61,034 nucleotides of DNA, from NCBI RefSeq assembly GCF_006345805.1, contig NW_021834414.1:1-61034 (forward strand). The letters are read 5' to 3'. Every line of letters begins with the position of its first letter. The stretch's first letter is position 1. Positions 37,008 to 51,093 of the stretch are shown here, one piece after another. A program made the translations under genes and the position numbers. Under the pieces are notes generated by a model, which saw only the letters and a list, made by a program, of their open reading frames with translations, was not told the origin of the DNA and ran no database searches. This DNA comes from Octopus sinensis. Taxonomy: Eukaryota.

Positions 37008-37202
37008 GGCTAGACTGTCAGTGAGCGATGATACGAGGTAACGTGTAATGGTGAAGTGTTTTACAGATATTGCTTTACGTTTGACAAATCTCTACCAACA
37101 GATTAACCGAACTGGTACCAATGAACCTTGATGATTCCAAATCGTAGAAAGCCAGGCATTGTTCTATGATATAAATGCCTAATATTAAAATGATGTTTAA
37201 AG

Positions 37203-37420
37203 TTGGTGTGCTGGTAGAAGCGTGACCACTCCAGGCAAAATGTTTAACGGCATTTCGTCCGTCTTCACATTCTGAATTCAAATGCTGCCTAGGTCCACGT
37301 TGCATTTCATCTCTTTCGGAGTCGATAAAACAAGTATCAGTAGAGCACTGGTGTCGATGTAATCGACTTACTCCTTCCCTCGAAATTGCTGGCCTTGTGC
37401 AAGAATTTGAAAAACCAATA
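37203..37420 (+). mobile_element. Old SINE family B
   Basis: GCTGGTAGAAGCGT...TTCTGAATTCAAAT...GTCGATGTAATCGACT. Confidence 0.75.
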
Positions 37421-37544
37421 TCAAAATGGTCTAAATCAAGACTTTGCATTAAAATTTCATGCTAATTAATATTCTAAACTCCAGGTAAATAATGACAATC
37501 TTAAGCTGGCGTAACTTAGCGAACAGTTATTACAAGGGAGATAC

Positions 37545-38022
37545 TCTTTTACTTGTTTCAGTCATTTGACTGTGGCCATGCTGGAGCAGTGCCTTTAGTC
37601 GAGCAAATCAATCCCAGAACTTATTCTTTGTAAGCCTGGTACTTATTCCATCGGTCTCGTTTGCCGAACCGCTAAATACACCAGCATCGATTGTGAAGCG
37701 ATATTGGGGCGGCACACAAACACACACACACAATAAAACAACACACACACACACACACACACAACACACACACACACACACGCACACATATATATATATA
37801 TATATATATATACGACGGGCTTCTTTCAGTTTCCGTCTACCAAATCCACTCACAAAACTTTGGTCGGCCCAAAGCTATAGTAGAAGATGCTTGCGAAAGT
37901 AGAAGACACTTGGGCAAGTGACTTCTGGGTTCAGAGGAACCATGTGGTTGGTAAGCAAGCTACTTACCACACATCTACTCTTGCTCCTAAGGCTACTTAC
38001 CACACAGCCACTCCTGCGCCTG
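37545..38022 (-). mobile_element. SINE family A full-length copy with partially duplicated head
   Basis: Reverse complement of the consensus; GCTACTTACCACAC occurs twice (about 37959 and 37992). Confidence 0.9.
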
Positions 38023-38023
38023 T

Positions 38024-38031
38024 AAAAAAAA
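38024..38031 (-). terminator. Pol III oligo-T terminator downstream of the tRNA-Met
   Basis: A-run at 38024-38031 is a T-run 3 nt after the discriminator base on the minus strand. Confidence 0.6.
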
Positions 38032-38034
38032 GCT

Positions 38035-38128
38035 TGCCCCAGGTGAGGATCGAACTCACGACCTTCATATTTCCCTGATTGCATATTTGATTATGAGACA
38101 GACGCGCTGCCTATTGCCCTACCGAGTA
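38035..38128 (-). tRNA. tRNA-Met(CAT), elongator type, with a 21-nt intron-like insert; probably a pseudogene
   Basis: Minus strand TACTCGGTAGGGCAATAGGCAGCGCGTCTGTCTCATA[ATCAAATATGCAATCAGGGAA]ATATGAAGGTCGTGAGTTCGATCCTCACCTGGGGCA aligns to eukaryotic Met-e tRNA; intact T arm; mismatches at 1:72, 2:71, D stem and anticodon stem. Confidence 0.8.
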
Positions 38129-38214
38129 ATCATTCTTTAGTAATATTTGTTGGGATTAAAGATATGAATATTAAATTAAGGAATAAGATAAGTAATGCAT
38201 AGATTGCTTTTTTG

Positions 38215-38420
38215 TTGTTGCATCCTTATCCTTAATCGTTTAATTGTTTCAGTCACTGGAGTGCGGCTCCGCTGGGGCAAAGCCTTTGCAAGTTTTCATC
38301 GAGCAACTCAGCTCCAGTCCTTATGAAGTCTTGTACTTATTCCTTCTGTCACTAAGTTACAGGGAAGTAAATAAATGAACACTGGTTGTCAAGTAGTGTA
38401 GAGAACAAACGCATTTACAG
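38215..38420 (-). mobile_element. Old SINE family A 3' half
   Basis: TTGTTTCAGTCA...GTACTTATTCC...CTAAGTTACAGGGAAGTAAA...ACACTGGTTGTCAAG. Confidence 0.6.
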
Positions 38421-38446
38421 ATATACACGCGTATACAACCCCCCCC

Positions 38447-38478
<32 letters not shown>

Positions 38479-38797
38479 CAATAATAACAAAGGGTAAAAT
38501 TAATTAAGAAGTAATCAATAATTTCACCAAGTAGAATTCGGTATGAAGAATATGGTTAGTAAAGTATATTTTTTAATATTCTTTATAAAAAACCTAATTT
38601 AGAACGCGCGTCCATGGACGACCAGATATTGATTGATTTTCGTTGCTTTACTCTCTGCCTGTGTGAATAACCTTCAAGTATTTTGGTTTCTCTGGAAGAC
38701 CCTTTTTAAAGTAGAAGAAATAGCTAAGATTTTTAGCTGCTATTTCTAAACTTCGGTGTGTGGTGAAGCAAATCTTTGCTGAACCCTTTTATATTAG

Positions 38798-38848
<51 letters not shown>

Positions 38849-38865
38849 ATATACGTACATACATA

Positions 38866-38925
<60 letters not shown>

Positions 38926-38926
38926 A

Positions 38927-39000
38927 CTAGCAGCTAAGCCCGGTTTCACCCGGTCGGTTTGGATGATGTGGCTGTAAAACCTGCTCTGTGTAAGCATTCG
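38927..39000 (-). mobile_element. Helitron-like 3' end
   Basis: Minus strand CCGG-GTGAAA-CCGG hairpin, short spacer, then CTAG|T at 38927-38930. Confidence 0.65.
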
Positions 39001-39287
39001 ACTTGTTTGAGCACGCTTACGTTAAAAAAAAAACAATTTTAGAATGACTTTTTCTCTCAAAACGCTAAAAATACATGACCAACAACAACAACAACAAAAA
39101 AAAGAAAACCAAAATTCAACCAAATCAAAAAATAAACCGAAATACTAAGCGAACAAAGATGAACCATCCTACTTCCATTGCGCGCACACGCACACAAACA
39201 ATAACACACGCATATATTCACACAGAATTGAATGCTATTTGAGTTATTTTTCAGCGTACATCTCTCTCTCCTCTCTCTCTCTCTATC

Positions 39288-39321
<34 letters not shown>

Positions 39322-39437
39322 ATATATATATATATATATATAATATATATATTAATATATATATATATGTGTGTGTGTGATATATTGTGTGTTATTGTTT
39401 GTGTGCGTGTGCGCGCAATGGAAGTAGGATATATATG

Positions 39438-39713
39438 TGGAGGCGCAATGGCCTAGTGGTTAGGGCAGCGGACTCGCGGTCGCAGGATCGCGGTTTCGAT
39501 TCCCAGACCGGGCGTTGTGTGTGTTTATTGAGCGAAAACGGCTAGAAGTTCCACGAGGCTCCGGCAGGGGGTTGTGATCCCTGCTGTACTCTTTCACCAC
39601 TCTTTCTTCTGTTGGCCTCATTCGGGGTGGCGTCATTCGAAGGCTAAAACAATGCGAACGCATTGTGATCAGCGATGTGTAACAACATCTGATGGTCTGG
39701 TCGGTCACGTGAT

Positions 39714-39722
<9 letters not shown>
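39438..39722 (+). mobile_element. SINE family D, full length
   Basis: GGAGGCGCAATGGCCTAGTGGTTAGGGCAGCGGACTCGCGG...CACGTGATCACGTGAT. Confidence 0.9.
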
Positions 39723-39759
<37 letters not shown>

Positions 39760-40057
39760 AAGGTTAAGATCGTTATTTAAATACCAATATTATCATGTGG
39801 CCAGCATGGGAATAAAAACCTTCAAAGGTAATAATTAGTACTAAAATTATAAATTAGCGTATCTAAGAGATACCACCCCGCTGTAAATAGCAGCCAGAAC
39901 TTGACTCTAAAGCCACATTAAATGTTCATACACCACCAGGAAAGAAGACAAAAGACAATATATATATATATCATGATCGTCATTTAACGAGCATGGACAA
40001 AGGATGCAAAGTGATGATGATGATCATGATGATCATGATGATATATATATATTCTTT

Positions 40058-40394
40058 CATTCTTTCATTTGTTTCAGTTATTTGACTGCGGCCATGCTGG
40101 TGCACCGCCTTCAGTCGAACAAATCGACCTCAGGACTGATACTTTGTAAGCGTAGTACTTATCTTATCGGGCTCTTTTGCCAAACCGTAAACACACCAGC
40201 ATCGGTTGTCAAGCGATGGTTAGGGTGAGGGTGGGGTGACAAACACAGACACACAATCCCCACACACACACATATACACACATGTACATATATACGACGG
40301 GCTTCTTTCAGTTTCCGTTTTTCCAAATTTACTCGCAAGGCTTTGGCCGGCCCGAGGTTATAGTAAAATACTCTTGACCAAAGTGCCACTGTGG

Positions 40395-40400
<6 letters not shown>
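40058..40400 (-). mobile_element. SINE family A, 5'-truncated
   Basis: TTTGACTGCGGCCATGCTGG...ACGACGGGCTTCTTTCAGTTTCCG. Confidence 0.88.
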
Positions 40401-40439
<39 letters not shown>

Positions 40440-40445
<6 letters not shown>

Positions 40446-40645
40446 ATCCAACAAGAAAACACAAAAAAACATAACAACGCGAGGACGTGGAACAAATATA
40501 GTATTATTGGACGCTCAGGAAAGAAGGGAAGAAGGAGGGTTTAACGTTTCGAGCAGAGCTCTTCGTAGGAAACATAGGAGAAGGAAAGATCCAGAGAAGG
40601 GAAGACAGAGGAAAATAAATCGCCAACGGTACACACGAGGTCACA
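40440..40645 (-). mobile_element. (TA)n-embedded PLE-like 3' end with a decayed hammerhead motif (40549-40582)
   Basis: Minus strand CCT-ACGAA-GAGC(TCT)GCTC-GAAACGTT-AAAC, i.e. CTGACGAA minus one G, then a U-rich tail to (TA)n. Confidence 0.55.
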
Positions 40646-41102
40646 TATATATATATATAAGTATGTATGTTATTAGTAATGATATTGGCACTGGTGTTAG
40701 TATTGTCGGTGTTGGTGTTGGTCGTATTGTTCTTAGATCTCGCTGATGCGGTGGTGGTGGGCAGGATGTTATAGTTGTTTATTTTTACTGTTTTTTTTTG
40801 TCAGTAAAATTGGTTATAGGAATAGGTTGCAGTTGGCGTTGGCAGCTGTGACATCGATATTATAGCAGGTCTGGTGGTAGTGGTGGTGGTTGTGGTGGTG
40901 GAGATGGTGGAGGCGACGGTGGTGGAAGCGGTGGTGGTGGGGCTTAGTTTTGGTGGTAGTGGTGGTGGCAGCGGTGTTGGTGGTGGTGGTAGTGGTGGCG
41001 GCAATTGTAGGGGTTAGCAACGTGGGCCCCTGAAGAGATGGTACATGGTAAAAAAAACTGTAATATTGTTGTCGTCGTTGCTGCTGCTATTGCTGTTGTT
41101 GA

Positions 41103-41133
<31 letters not shown>

Positions 41134-41554
41134 GATGGTGGTGATGGTGGTGGTGGGGATGGCAGTTATTAAGTCGATGACCATGGTGGCGCTGTAGGTG
41201 ATGGGAGTTGTCGGCGATTGCTACATTACATAGGTGGCGGGAAACTTTGTATTATGTGTGTGTGTATGCCTTTGTGACTGTGTGTGTGTGTGTGTTTGTG
41301 TGATTTTGTGTGTACATGTTTGTGTATGCGTGTATGCGTGTGTGTATGCGTGTGTGTGTGTGTGCTGGTGTGTCTCGTGGGTAGTGGCGTTAGATTGGGG
41401 GTGGTAGTGGGGATTGTAAATTAGGCGGGCTATTTAGCTAGAGGTGAAAGTCATCTAAATTATAGTCATTTGTCTTCATCAGTCGTGAGCAGCAACTGTC
41501 CACGTTCGAACGGGGGGCTTGGCTGAAAGAAGCAGCTTGTGATTTCATCTTGTT

Positions 41555-43390
<1,836 letters not shown>

Positions 43391-43733
43391 TAGTTTTTTA
43401 CATCAGTCAACTTTCTTTGTTCCTTCCACAGTCTCACCGATGACCTTTACGTGTCAAAGGTGACGCTCCTCGAAATAAACTATTGCAGATGTATTCGCTT
43501 CGAATTAGAACCAACATGTAAACTATATTAAAAAATTTGAATAATGTCAAATTGCACTGACACGCAGACACTCATGTACAAAGCATGCGTACAAATACAT
43601 GCTGAAACTCGCATGCACGCACACATATGCACACATACACACACACACTCGTACACACAAACACACGCATTCATATACGTATAATAATATATGTATGCAT
43701 ATCCATATCTACACATACATATATTGCATTAAT

Positions 43734-43769
<36 letters not shown>

Positions 43770-43781
<12 letters not shown>

Positions 43782-44484
43782 AAAACTGAGAATGTGTGTC
43801 TGTCTGTCTGTGTGTTTCCCTAAAACTTGAGAACTACACAACCAATTTCATTCAAATTTTACACATGCCTTACTTAGGGTCCGGGGAGTGTCATCGGCAA
43901 AAATTTTAACTTTTTGCCTAGGGCGAGCCCACAGCAATATCATATCTTCTCCACTATTTCAGTATAACGTGTTAAAAGTGAAACAAAAATATTTCTCTAT
44001 TTTATGTCAGATGCTTTCACTTTAACAATAAAATTAATGATAACAATTGAATTATATGTAGTAAGTAATAATTAAAATCAAACTAAAATATAATATAATC
44101 GTAACATAACAAAAGTAAAAATAGCAATTGGTATAAAATTGTATCAGTGACTTGAACTTGAATGAGTGGTTTCACATGAATGGGAATAAATTAAAAATAA
44201 AATTAGCGTGCAGAAATGGAATAGTCCAGATGGATAATAGAAATTAAATTAAAGAAAAGACTATTGTCTATAAAGTATACAATGTAGAGAAAAAAGAAGA
44301 GCTAACAATTCCAGTCTGTTATATATTTTGAGTATTGTTATCACTAGCGATATTAAGATATAACTTTGCATTTTATGTGTAGATGTATATATATATAGAT
44401 GTACATGTAATATGTACACATATATATACACATATATACATGCACTAGCACTATGACGCGGCAACGACGGGCCTTTAATGCTAG
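43770..44484 (+). mobile_element. Non-autonomous Helitron
   Basis: 5' TATAAAACTGAGAATGTGTGTCTGTCTGTC...GAACTACACAACCAATTTCATTCAAATTT (typical Helitron-N 5' region); 3' degenerate hairpin CGCGGCAACGACGGG, then CTAG|T at 44481-44485. Confidence 0.7.
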
Positions 44485-44515
44485 TATATATATATATATA
44501 TATATAATATATATA

Positions 44516-44559
<44 letters not shown>

Positions 44560-44663
44560 AACTACATACACACACATATATACATGTGTTAATACATGCA
44601 TACATACGTATATATATACATACATACATATTGTATCTATATACATAGTGTGTGTGCATATAT

Positions 44664-44883
44664 AACTCTTTAACTCTTTAACTCTTTAATTTGTTTCAGT
44701 CATTTGACTGTGGCCATGCTGGAGCACCACTTTTAATCGACCAACTCGACCCCGGGACTTTTTCTTTTGTAAGTCCAGTACTTATTCTATCGGTCTCTTT
44801 GCCAAACCGCTAAGTAACGGGGACAATAAACACACCAGCATCGGTTGTCAAGCAATGCTAGGGGGACAGACACAGACACACAA

Positions 44884-44914
<31 letters not shown>

Positions 44915-45069
44915 CGACGGATTTCTTTCAGTTTCCGTCTACCAAATCCACTCACAAGGCTTTAGTCAGCCCGAGGCTATAGTAGAAGTCAGTTGCCCAA
45001 GGTGCCACGCAGTGGGACTGAACCCGGAACCATGTGGTTGGTAAGCAAGCTACTTACCACACAGCCACT

Positions 45070-45075
<6 letters not shown>
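44664..45075 (-). mobile_element. SINE family A, young full-length copy with (AAAGAGTT)3 tail
   Basis: Near-consensus; TAACTCTT x3 at about 44663-44687. Confidence 0.92.
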
Positions 45076-45107
<32 letters not shown>

Positions 45108-45449
45108 TGCACATATTTATATGTATATATGTTTGATGTGAGTATCTATGAATTTGCATTCGTATGATTGGCTACATATAAATATATATATCTGCACATA
45201 ATAAATATTCGTTCATGGTGAAAATGAATTTCGATGGACAAATTTTCTTTATTTAAACGGAAGATGGGAAAAACTGTGAAGTTTGGTTGGATATTACCTG
45301 CATATCTCTCTATGTATTCACTGAAAGGAATCTGTCTGTTTTGCAGGAACGGGAAATTTTCCTTATGTAGTGCCGTTCTCCTTCTCAGTGTCGTACTTGT
45401 CTGTTGTATATAGTTATGTCCACAGCCCGAGCTGGTTATAATATAAATT

Positions 45450-45800
45450 AGATTCACAGAAGCACAAATGAAGTTGTTTGTGTGTATTTTCCTTCTCCTT
45501 CAAAGCAGTGCCTTTTGGAGGCTACACACATAATCCAGCGCGGTTTCCATTGATGGAAACATTCCTTGAACTCGTTTTCTGGGATAATCAGCAGCTGCCT
45601 TGTCACATATGGAAAGAGGAAAAAGTTGCAGCGGACAACATCTGGGGAATAAGGTGGCTGTCGGACCTGAGGAAAGCCGTGCTTAGCCAAAGACTGCTGT
45701 GTAAAATGTGCGGAATGGACAGGTGCGTTGTCGAACTGTAATTACCAGTCACCGGACGGCAGGCAATTGTGGCCTTTTCCGACAAATAGCATAAAGCAGA
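45450..45800 (-). pseudogene. Mariner transposase C-terminal remnant
   Basis: AICRKRP, DNAPVHSAH, QPPYSPDVVRCNFFLFP, ECFHQWKPRWIMCVASK motifs. Confidence 0.88.
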
Positions 45801-45809
45801 GGGCCGAGT

Positions 45810-45965
45810 GACATCACTGTTTACTTCACAAGTTCGGAAATTTGTGTTTGTGTCATTACGTGTATGCTGTGGTCTACGACTTTTTCATGGCCACGTACAA
45901 AGAAACCACGTGAAATTTTGCGTTTACCATAGGAAGTCTGCAATGATAGTCTGGAAACTATATGA
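45810..45965 (+). pseudogene. Mariner transposase N-terminal remnant in the opposite orientation
   Basis: VQRNHVKFCVYHRKSAMIVWKL resembles the mariner N-terminal QRxxIKFCVKLGKSAxE. Confidence 0.6.
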
Positions 45966-46074
45966 TACTACCTCGTATGTATATATGTATGTATGCATGT
46001 ACGTATGAATGTATGTATGTATATCATATTATTATATACATCAATACATGCACAAACATATATATATATATTCT

Positions 46075-46378
46075 TTTATTCTTATATTTTTCGTTCATTT
46101 GACTGTGGCCATGCTAAAGCACCCCCTTTAGCCGAAGAAATCGACCCCAGGACTTATTCTTTCTAAGTCTAGTACTTATTCTATAGTCTCTTTTGCAGAA
46201 CCGCTAAGTTACGGGGACGTAGATTCACTAATACCAGTTTCCGCCTACCAAATCCACTCACAAGACTTTGGTCGTCCCGGAGCTACAGTAGGAGACACTT
46301 GCCCAAAGTGCCACGCAGTGGACAGGGCCCGGAACCATGTGATTGGTAAGCAAGCTATTACCACAAAACCACTCCTTC

Positions 46379-46382
<4 letters not shown>
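46075..46382 (-). mobile_element. SINE family A with deleted central part
   Basis: 3' half (46075-46225) joined directly to the 5' half (46235-46382). Confidence 0.85.
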
Positions 46383-46449
<67 letters not shown>

Positions 46450-46459
46450 GTGTGTGTGT

Positions 46460-46685
46460 GTGTCTGTGCGCGCGTGACGTTTGTGTATCTGTATTTGTCC
46501 CCACCCACCATTGCATTGACAACCGATGTTGGTGTGTTTACGTACCGATAACGTAGCGGTTCGGCAAAAGTCCGATACAATAAGTACTAGGCTTACAAAG
46601 AATAAGTCCTGAGGTCGATTTGTTCGAATAAAGCAGTGCACCAGCATGGCCGCAGTCAAATGACTGAAATAAATAAAAGAAAAAA
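46460..46685 (+). mobile_element. SINE family A 3' half
   Basis: TTGACAACCGATGTTGGTGTGTTTACG...GTCAAATGACTGAAA. Confidence 0.85.
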
Positions 46686-46695
46686 TATAAATGTA

Positions 46696-46740
<45 letters not shown>

Positions 46741-47183
46741 TATATATGTGTGTGTAAGATATGTGTATAATATATGTGACATGTAAGTGTGCATGTCTTT
46801 GCATTCGAGTATTTGTGCGCGTGTTTATATCTGTATATGTATATGTGTATGTGTGAGTGTGTGTGTGTGAGTTCGTGTGGTTGTATTAAATATTGTCTGT
46901 TGAACTGGCTGTTAATTAAATTACCAACTTAATGCATTGAGGACAATTCCTGTGTTCTGCTCAAGGAAAGCAGCCGTAAGAACAGCGGGCTGTCCTGGAA
47001 GATTAATTGCTACAACAAAATTCGGTGTAGAAAGAGATTCTTTTTTTTGAAGCTGAAGCAACATGAAGCTCAATATTCATGCACTGTTAAAAATACACTC
47101 GCCACCGCAGCAGAATTAAAACCGAGAAAAAACAGAAAGCCTAGTAAAGCCAATATCTAAACCCAAGCGTGTATATATATATA

Positions 47184-47250
<67 letters not shown>

Positions 47251-47477
47251 AAGTGCATATGTTATTTTCATTATCATTCTTATTATTCTTGATATTTTTT
47301 ATTGAAACCAAGAATAAAAATAATTAGAAAATACATTTGAGAAACTATTTCGATTGTCATTGTATCAAGATGGTTATTTTTGTTAAAATATTCATAGAGA
47401 TATTTTACTGTTAATAGACAAATGTATTTCCAGAAGAGAATCCAAGAATAAGTATATATATATGTATATATTATATA

Positions 47478-47569
<92 letters not shown>

Positions 47570-47573
<4 letters not shown>

Positions 47574-47936
47574 TGTAGAAAAACACAAACTGGGACAAGG
47601 ACGTAAAACATTTAGAAGACGATACAAAAAACACGGACGGGACATTCGAAGCCTTCAATCTTCAGTCAAGAACCGGATCATCCTTGCAATTTCGGCTGAT
47701 TAATCTTGAGATCGGTCCGATCCGGCCAGATTAATTAATAAATATAAGGGTAGCAAAAAATTCTAGAAAAAATTCTCCGCTACCAGCGGTCCAGTGAGAG
47801 AGAAAAGATAGTCAAAGACTATATAATATACCTTCAAAAATATAAGGAATGGCCATAATAGGACATTCGACTCACCGCGGTTTGAGTTTGGCTGCTCTTT
47901 CTAGTGAGTCGAATGTCATATTATGACCATTACTTA

Positions 47937-47941
<5 letters not shown>
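47570..47941 (-). mobile_element. (TA)n-embedded island with CTGAAGA...GAATGTC motif and 5' terminal inverted repeat
   Basis: Similar to 52380-52590 in opposite orientation; IR 47837-47875 / 47904-47941. Confidence 0.6.
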
Positions 47942-47979
<38 letters not shown>

Positions 47980-48204
47980 TGTGTGTGTGTGTGTGTGTTG
48001 TATACATATATCATTCTCATTCTATCTTGAACTTTGCTCCGAATCAAGTTAGTTGTCTTAATTTGTGCTATTATAAATATTGATATTACAAAACGCACCC
48101 TACTATACCATCTTTACACACACATGTAATTACATATATGCATGCATACATATAAGCATATATGTATGTATGTATGTATTTACGTATGTGTGTATTATAT
48201 TATT

Positions 48205-48305
48205 CTTGGTCAGCCTGAAGCTATAGTAGAGGACTCTTGCCCAAGGTTCCACGCAGTGGGATTGAACCCGCAATTATGTGGTTGGTAAGCAAGTCGCTCC
48301 TGCCC
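48205..48305 (-). mobile_element. SINE family A 5' fragment
   Basis: CTATAGTAGAGGACTCTTGCCCAAGG...TGAACCCG. Confidence 0.75.
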
Positions 48306-48778
48306 ATGTATATATCTATATTTACATATGAGAGGTTTTGGCATCCAGAAGATCCAAAATGCAGGTAAGGCTATGTGAGTGCTACAAAAAGACTACAGTT
48401 AGACTTCAGTTCGATGAAATTATGAGTGAGGGGTCTAATGCAGGTTGTGTGTAAGCGTGTATATGTTAAATAAAATAAGAAAATAAAGCCAAGGCAGTGT
48501 GAAATTTCAAGGACATTTATAAAGAGAAAGGTAGGCCTACTGCTGTTGCAGAGATATACCATCATTTCCTACTATTTCCTTCTGTTTGACTCTCTCATAC
48601 AGTCTCTGATGATGGGATTTGTTTTATATCCCTGAAACAGCTGTAAAACTTCCTTTCTCTTTATAAATGTCCTTGAAATTTCACACTGCCCTGGTTCTAT
48701 TACCTCATTACACACATACATACACACACCACGCCCCACACATATATGTATATATATAAGATAGTATATATATATATA

Positions 48779-48983
48779 TATAATATTAATTAGAGACAAA
48801 ACCACTATTTTGCAAACAAACAATGAAGAGACTTAATCAACATAAATTTTACTTTAAATTTTTACTTTTTAATTTTTACTTTTTTTTAACTTTTTATTAA
48901 AATTTTATTAAAATTTTATGTATTGATTAAGTCTTTCTTGTTTGTTTTGCAAAATAGTGGTTTTGTCTCTAATTAATATTATA
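48779..48983. repeat. About 73-bp inverted repeat abutting (TA)n
   Basis: TATAATATTAATTAGAGACAAAACCACTATTTTGCAAA...(48779-48851) vs ...TTTGCAAAATAGTGGTTTTGTCTCTAATTAATATTATA (48909-48983). Confidence 0.9.
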
Positions 48984-49139
48984 TAATATTTTACTATAAA
49001 TTGGATTTATCCTAATCTGATTTTTTTCCCTGTAAATTTGGATTTATTCCCTAATATTTATTATTATATATATATAATATATATATATACATATTTACAT
49101 ACAGATACATACATACATATTAAATATAAATCTCTCTCT

Positions 49140-49575
49140 CTCTTTTTTACTCGTTTCAGCAGTCATTTGACTGCGGCCATGCGGGCACCGCCTTTAGTCG
49201 AGCAAATCGACCCCGGGACTTATTCTTTGTAAGCCCATACTTATTCTATCGGTCTCTTTTGCTGAACCGCTAAGTGACGGGACGTAAACACACCAGCATC
49301 GGTTGTCAAGCAATGCTAGGGGGACAAACACCGACACACAAACACACACACACACCACACACACACACCACACACACACACACCTATATATATATATATA
49401 TATTACATATATACGACAGGCTTCTTTCAGTTCCGTCTACCAAATCCACTCACAAGGCATTGGTCGCACGGGATATAGCAGAAGACACTTGCCCAAGATG
49501 CCACGCAGTGGGACTGAACCCGAACCATATGGTTGGGTAAGCAAGCTACTTACCACACAGCCACCCTGCGCCTAT
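49140..49575 (-). mobile_element. SINE family A, full length
   Basis: Reverse complement of the consensus with central (CA)/(TA)n. Confidence 0.9.
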
Positions 49576-49710
49576 AAATACGCATATATATATTTACATA
49601 TATATATACACACACATATATATATATATATGTATATATATACATATATATGCATAGGATATATTCATATATGCATATATATTCATAGGCGCGCGCACAC
49701 ACGCACATTT

Positions 49711-49793
<83 letters not shown>

Positions 49794-49814
49794 TATATAT
49801 TATGTATATACATC

Positions 49815-49845
<31 letters not shown>

Positions 49846-50319
49846 GCAGACTTTGAATTACTGACAACGTTACGAACAGTTGGCACAGTTTAAAAGATTG
49901 ATTGCTTCGTTTACCCTTCATTAAGGCTACACATTTGTTAAAAGAAGAGCTAAAGTCAAGGGAATTAACTTGGAACAACTCCATTCGCATATGAAGTACA
50001 TCTAAAATACTATTATGCTATTATATTATTATTATTTACTTGCATTAACAATTCTCAAGAAAAGCCTACCAAAACTTATCGAGATCGAATTTACCGCTTA
50101 TGTTTAGAAGCCCGATATAACAACGTATTGGGGACGATTGACTATTCTTGTAATGAATCCTAGGATATACTTGCGAAGGCATATGGAAACCAGATTAAGA
50201 AATAATAATTCACCACAAACAATGAAGAGATGAAGTTCGAACATCTTCTCTGATTTTGTTGTTGCTGTTGTTGTCGATGTTTTGCTCCTGTTCCGAACCG
50301 ATCTGAGATACGCGTGTTA

Positions 50320-50372
50320 TCATCACCATCATCATCATCATCATTAGTAGCAGCAACAGCAGTACCAGCAGC

Positions 50373-50406
<34 letters not shown>

Positions 50407-50634
50407 ATCATCATCATCATCATCACCACCATCATCATCATCATTATCATCATCATTCATCAACAACATCATCACCATCATCTTCACCATCATCTTCACC
50501 GTCATCATCGTCATCATCATCGTCATCATCACTCCCACCACCGCCGCCGTCGCCGCCACCACCACCATCACCACCATCATTATCATCATCGTCATCATCT
50601 TCACCATCATCACCCCACCGCCGCCGCCACCATC

Positions 50635-50668
<34 letters not shown>

Positions 50669-50760
50669 TCATGTTCACCGTTATCATCTTCACCGTCATC
50701 ATCGTCATCATCACCATCACCCCCCCACCGTCGCCGCTGCTGCCATTACCATCACCATCA

Positions 50761-50790
<30 letters not shown>
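50320..50790. repeat. (CAT/CAC/CCG) trinucleotide low-complexity tract
   Basis: Direct reading. Confidence 0.93.
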
Positions 50791-50792
<2 letters not shown>

Positions 50793-50829
50793 CTCTGGAT
50801 ATTACCGTCTCCGAATCCTAGAACGATTC

Positions 50830-51010
50830 TAGTATGTTACATGGTTACCATAGCGTATAAACTGTCAGAGATCACAGTATTCTCTTGTGAACGAGACGCC
50901 TGGCCGTTGCAAGGTTACACATTTACAGCCGAGCGGATGCAGCATCGTGAAATAAGGTGCTTTACTCAAGAAAATAGCGTACCACCCCACCCTGGATTCA
51001 GAGCCACAAC
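50830..51010 (-). mobile_element. Old SINE family C fragment
   Basis: GCAGCATCGTGAAATAAGGTGCTTTACTCAAG is a degenerate reverse complement of TTGAGCAAGACACTTTATTTCACGTTGC. Confidence 0.5.
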
Positions 51011-51093
51011 TTTATATAATTAGTATTTAAATTTTGTGTTCTATTTGGTCAGCTTTAACTTATAATGAATTATATTATACGGTTATACAATGC

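Noticed and set aside
43432-43490. Strong acceptor CTTTCTTTGTTCCTTCCACAG followed by LTDDLYVSK...
   Set aside because: Donor ambiguous (43460 or 43491), no partner exons established, and too short to assess.
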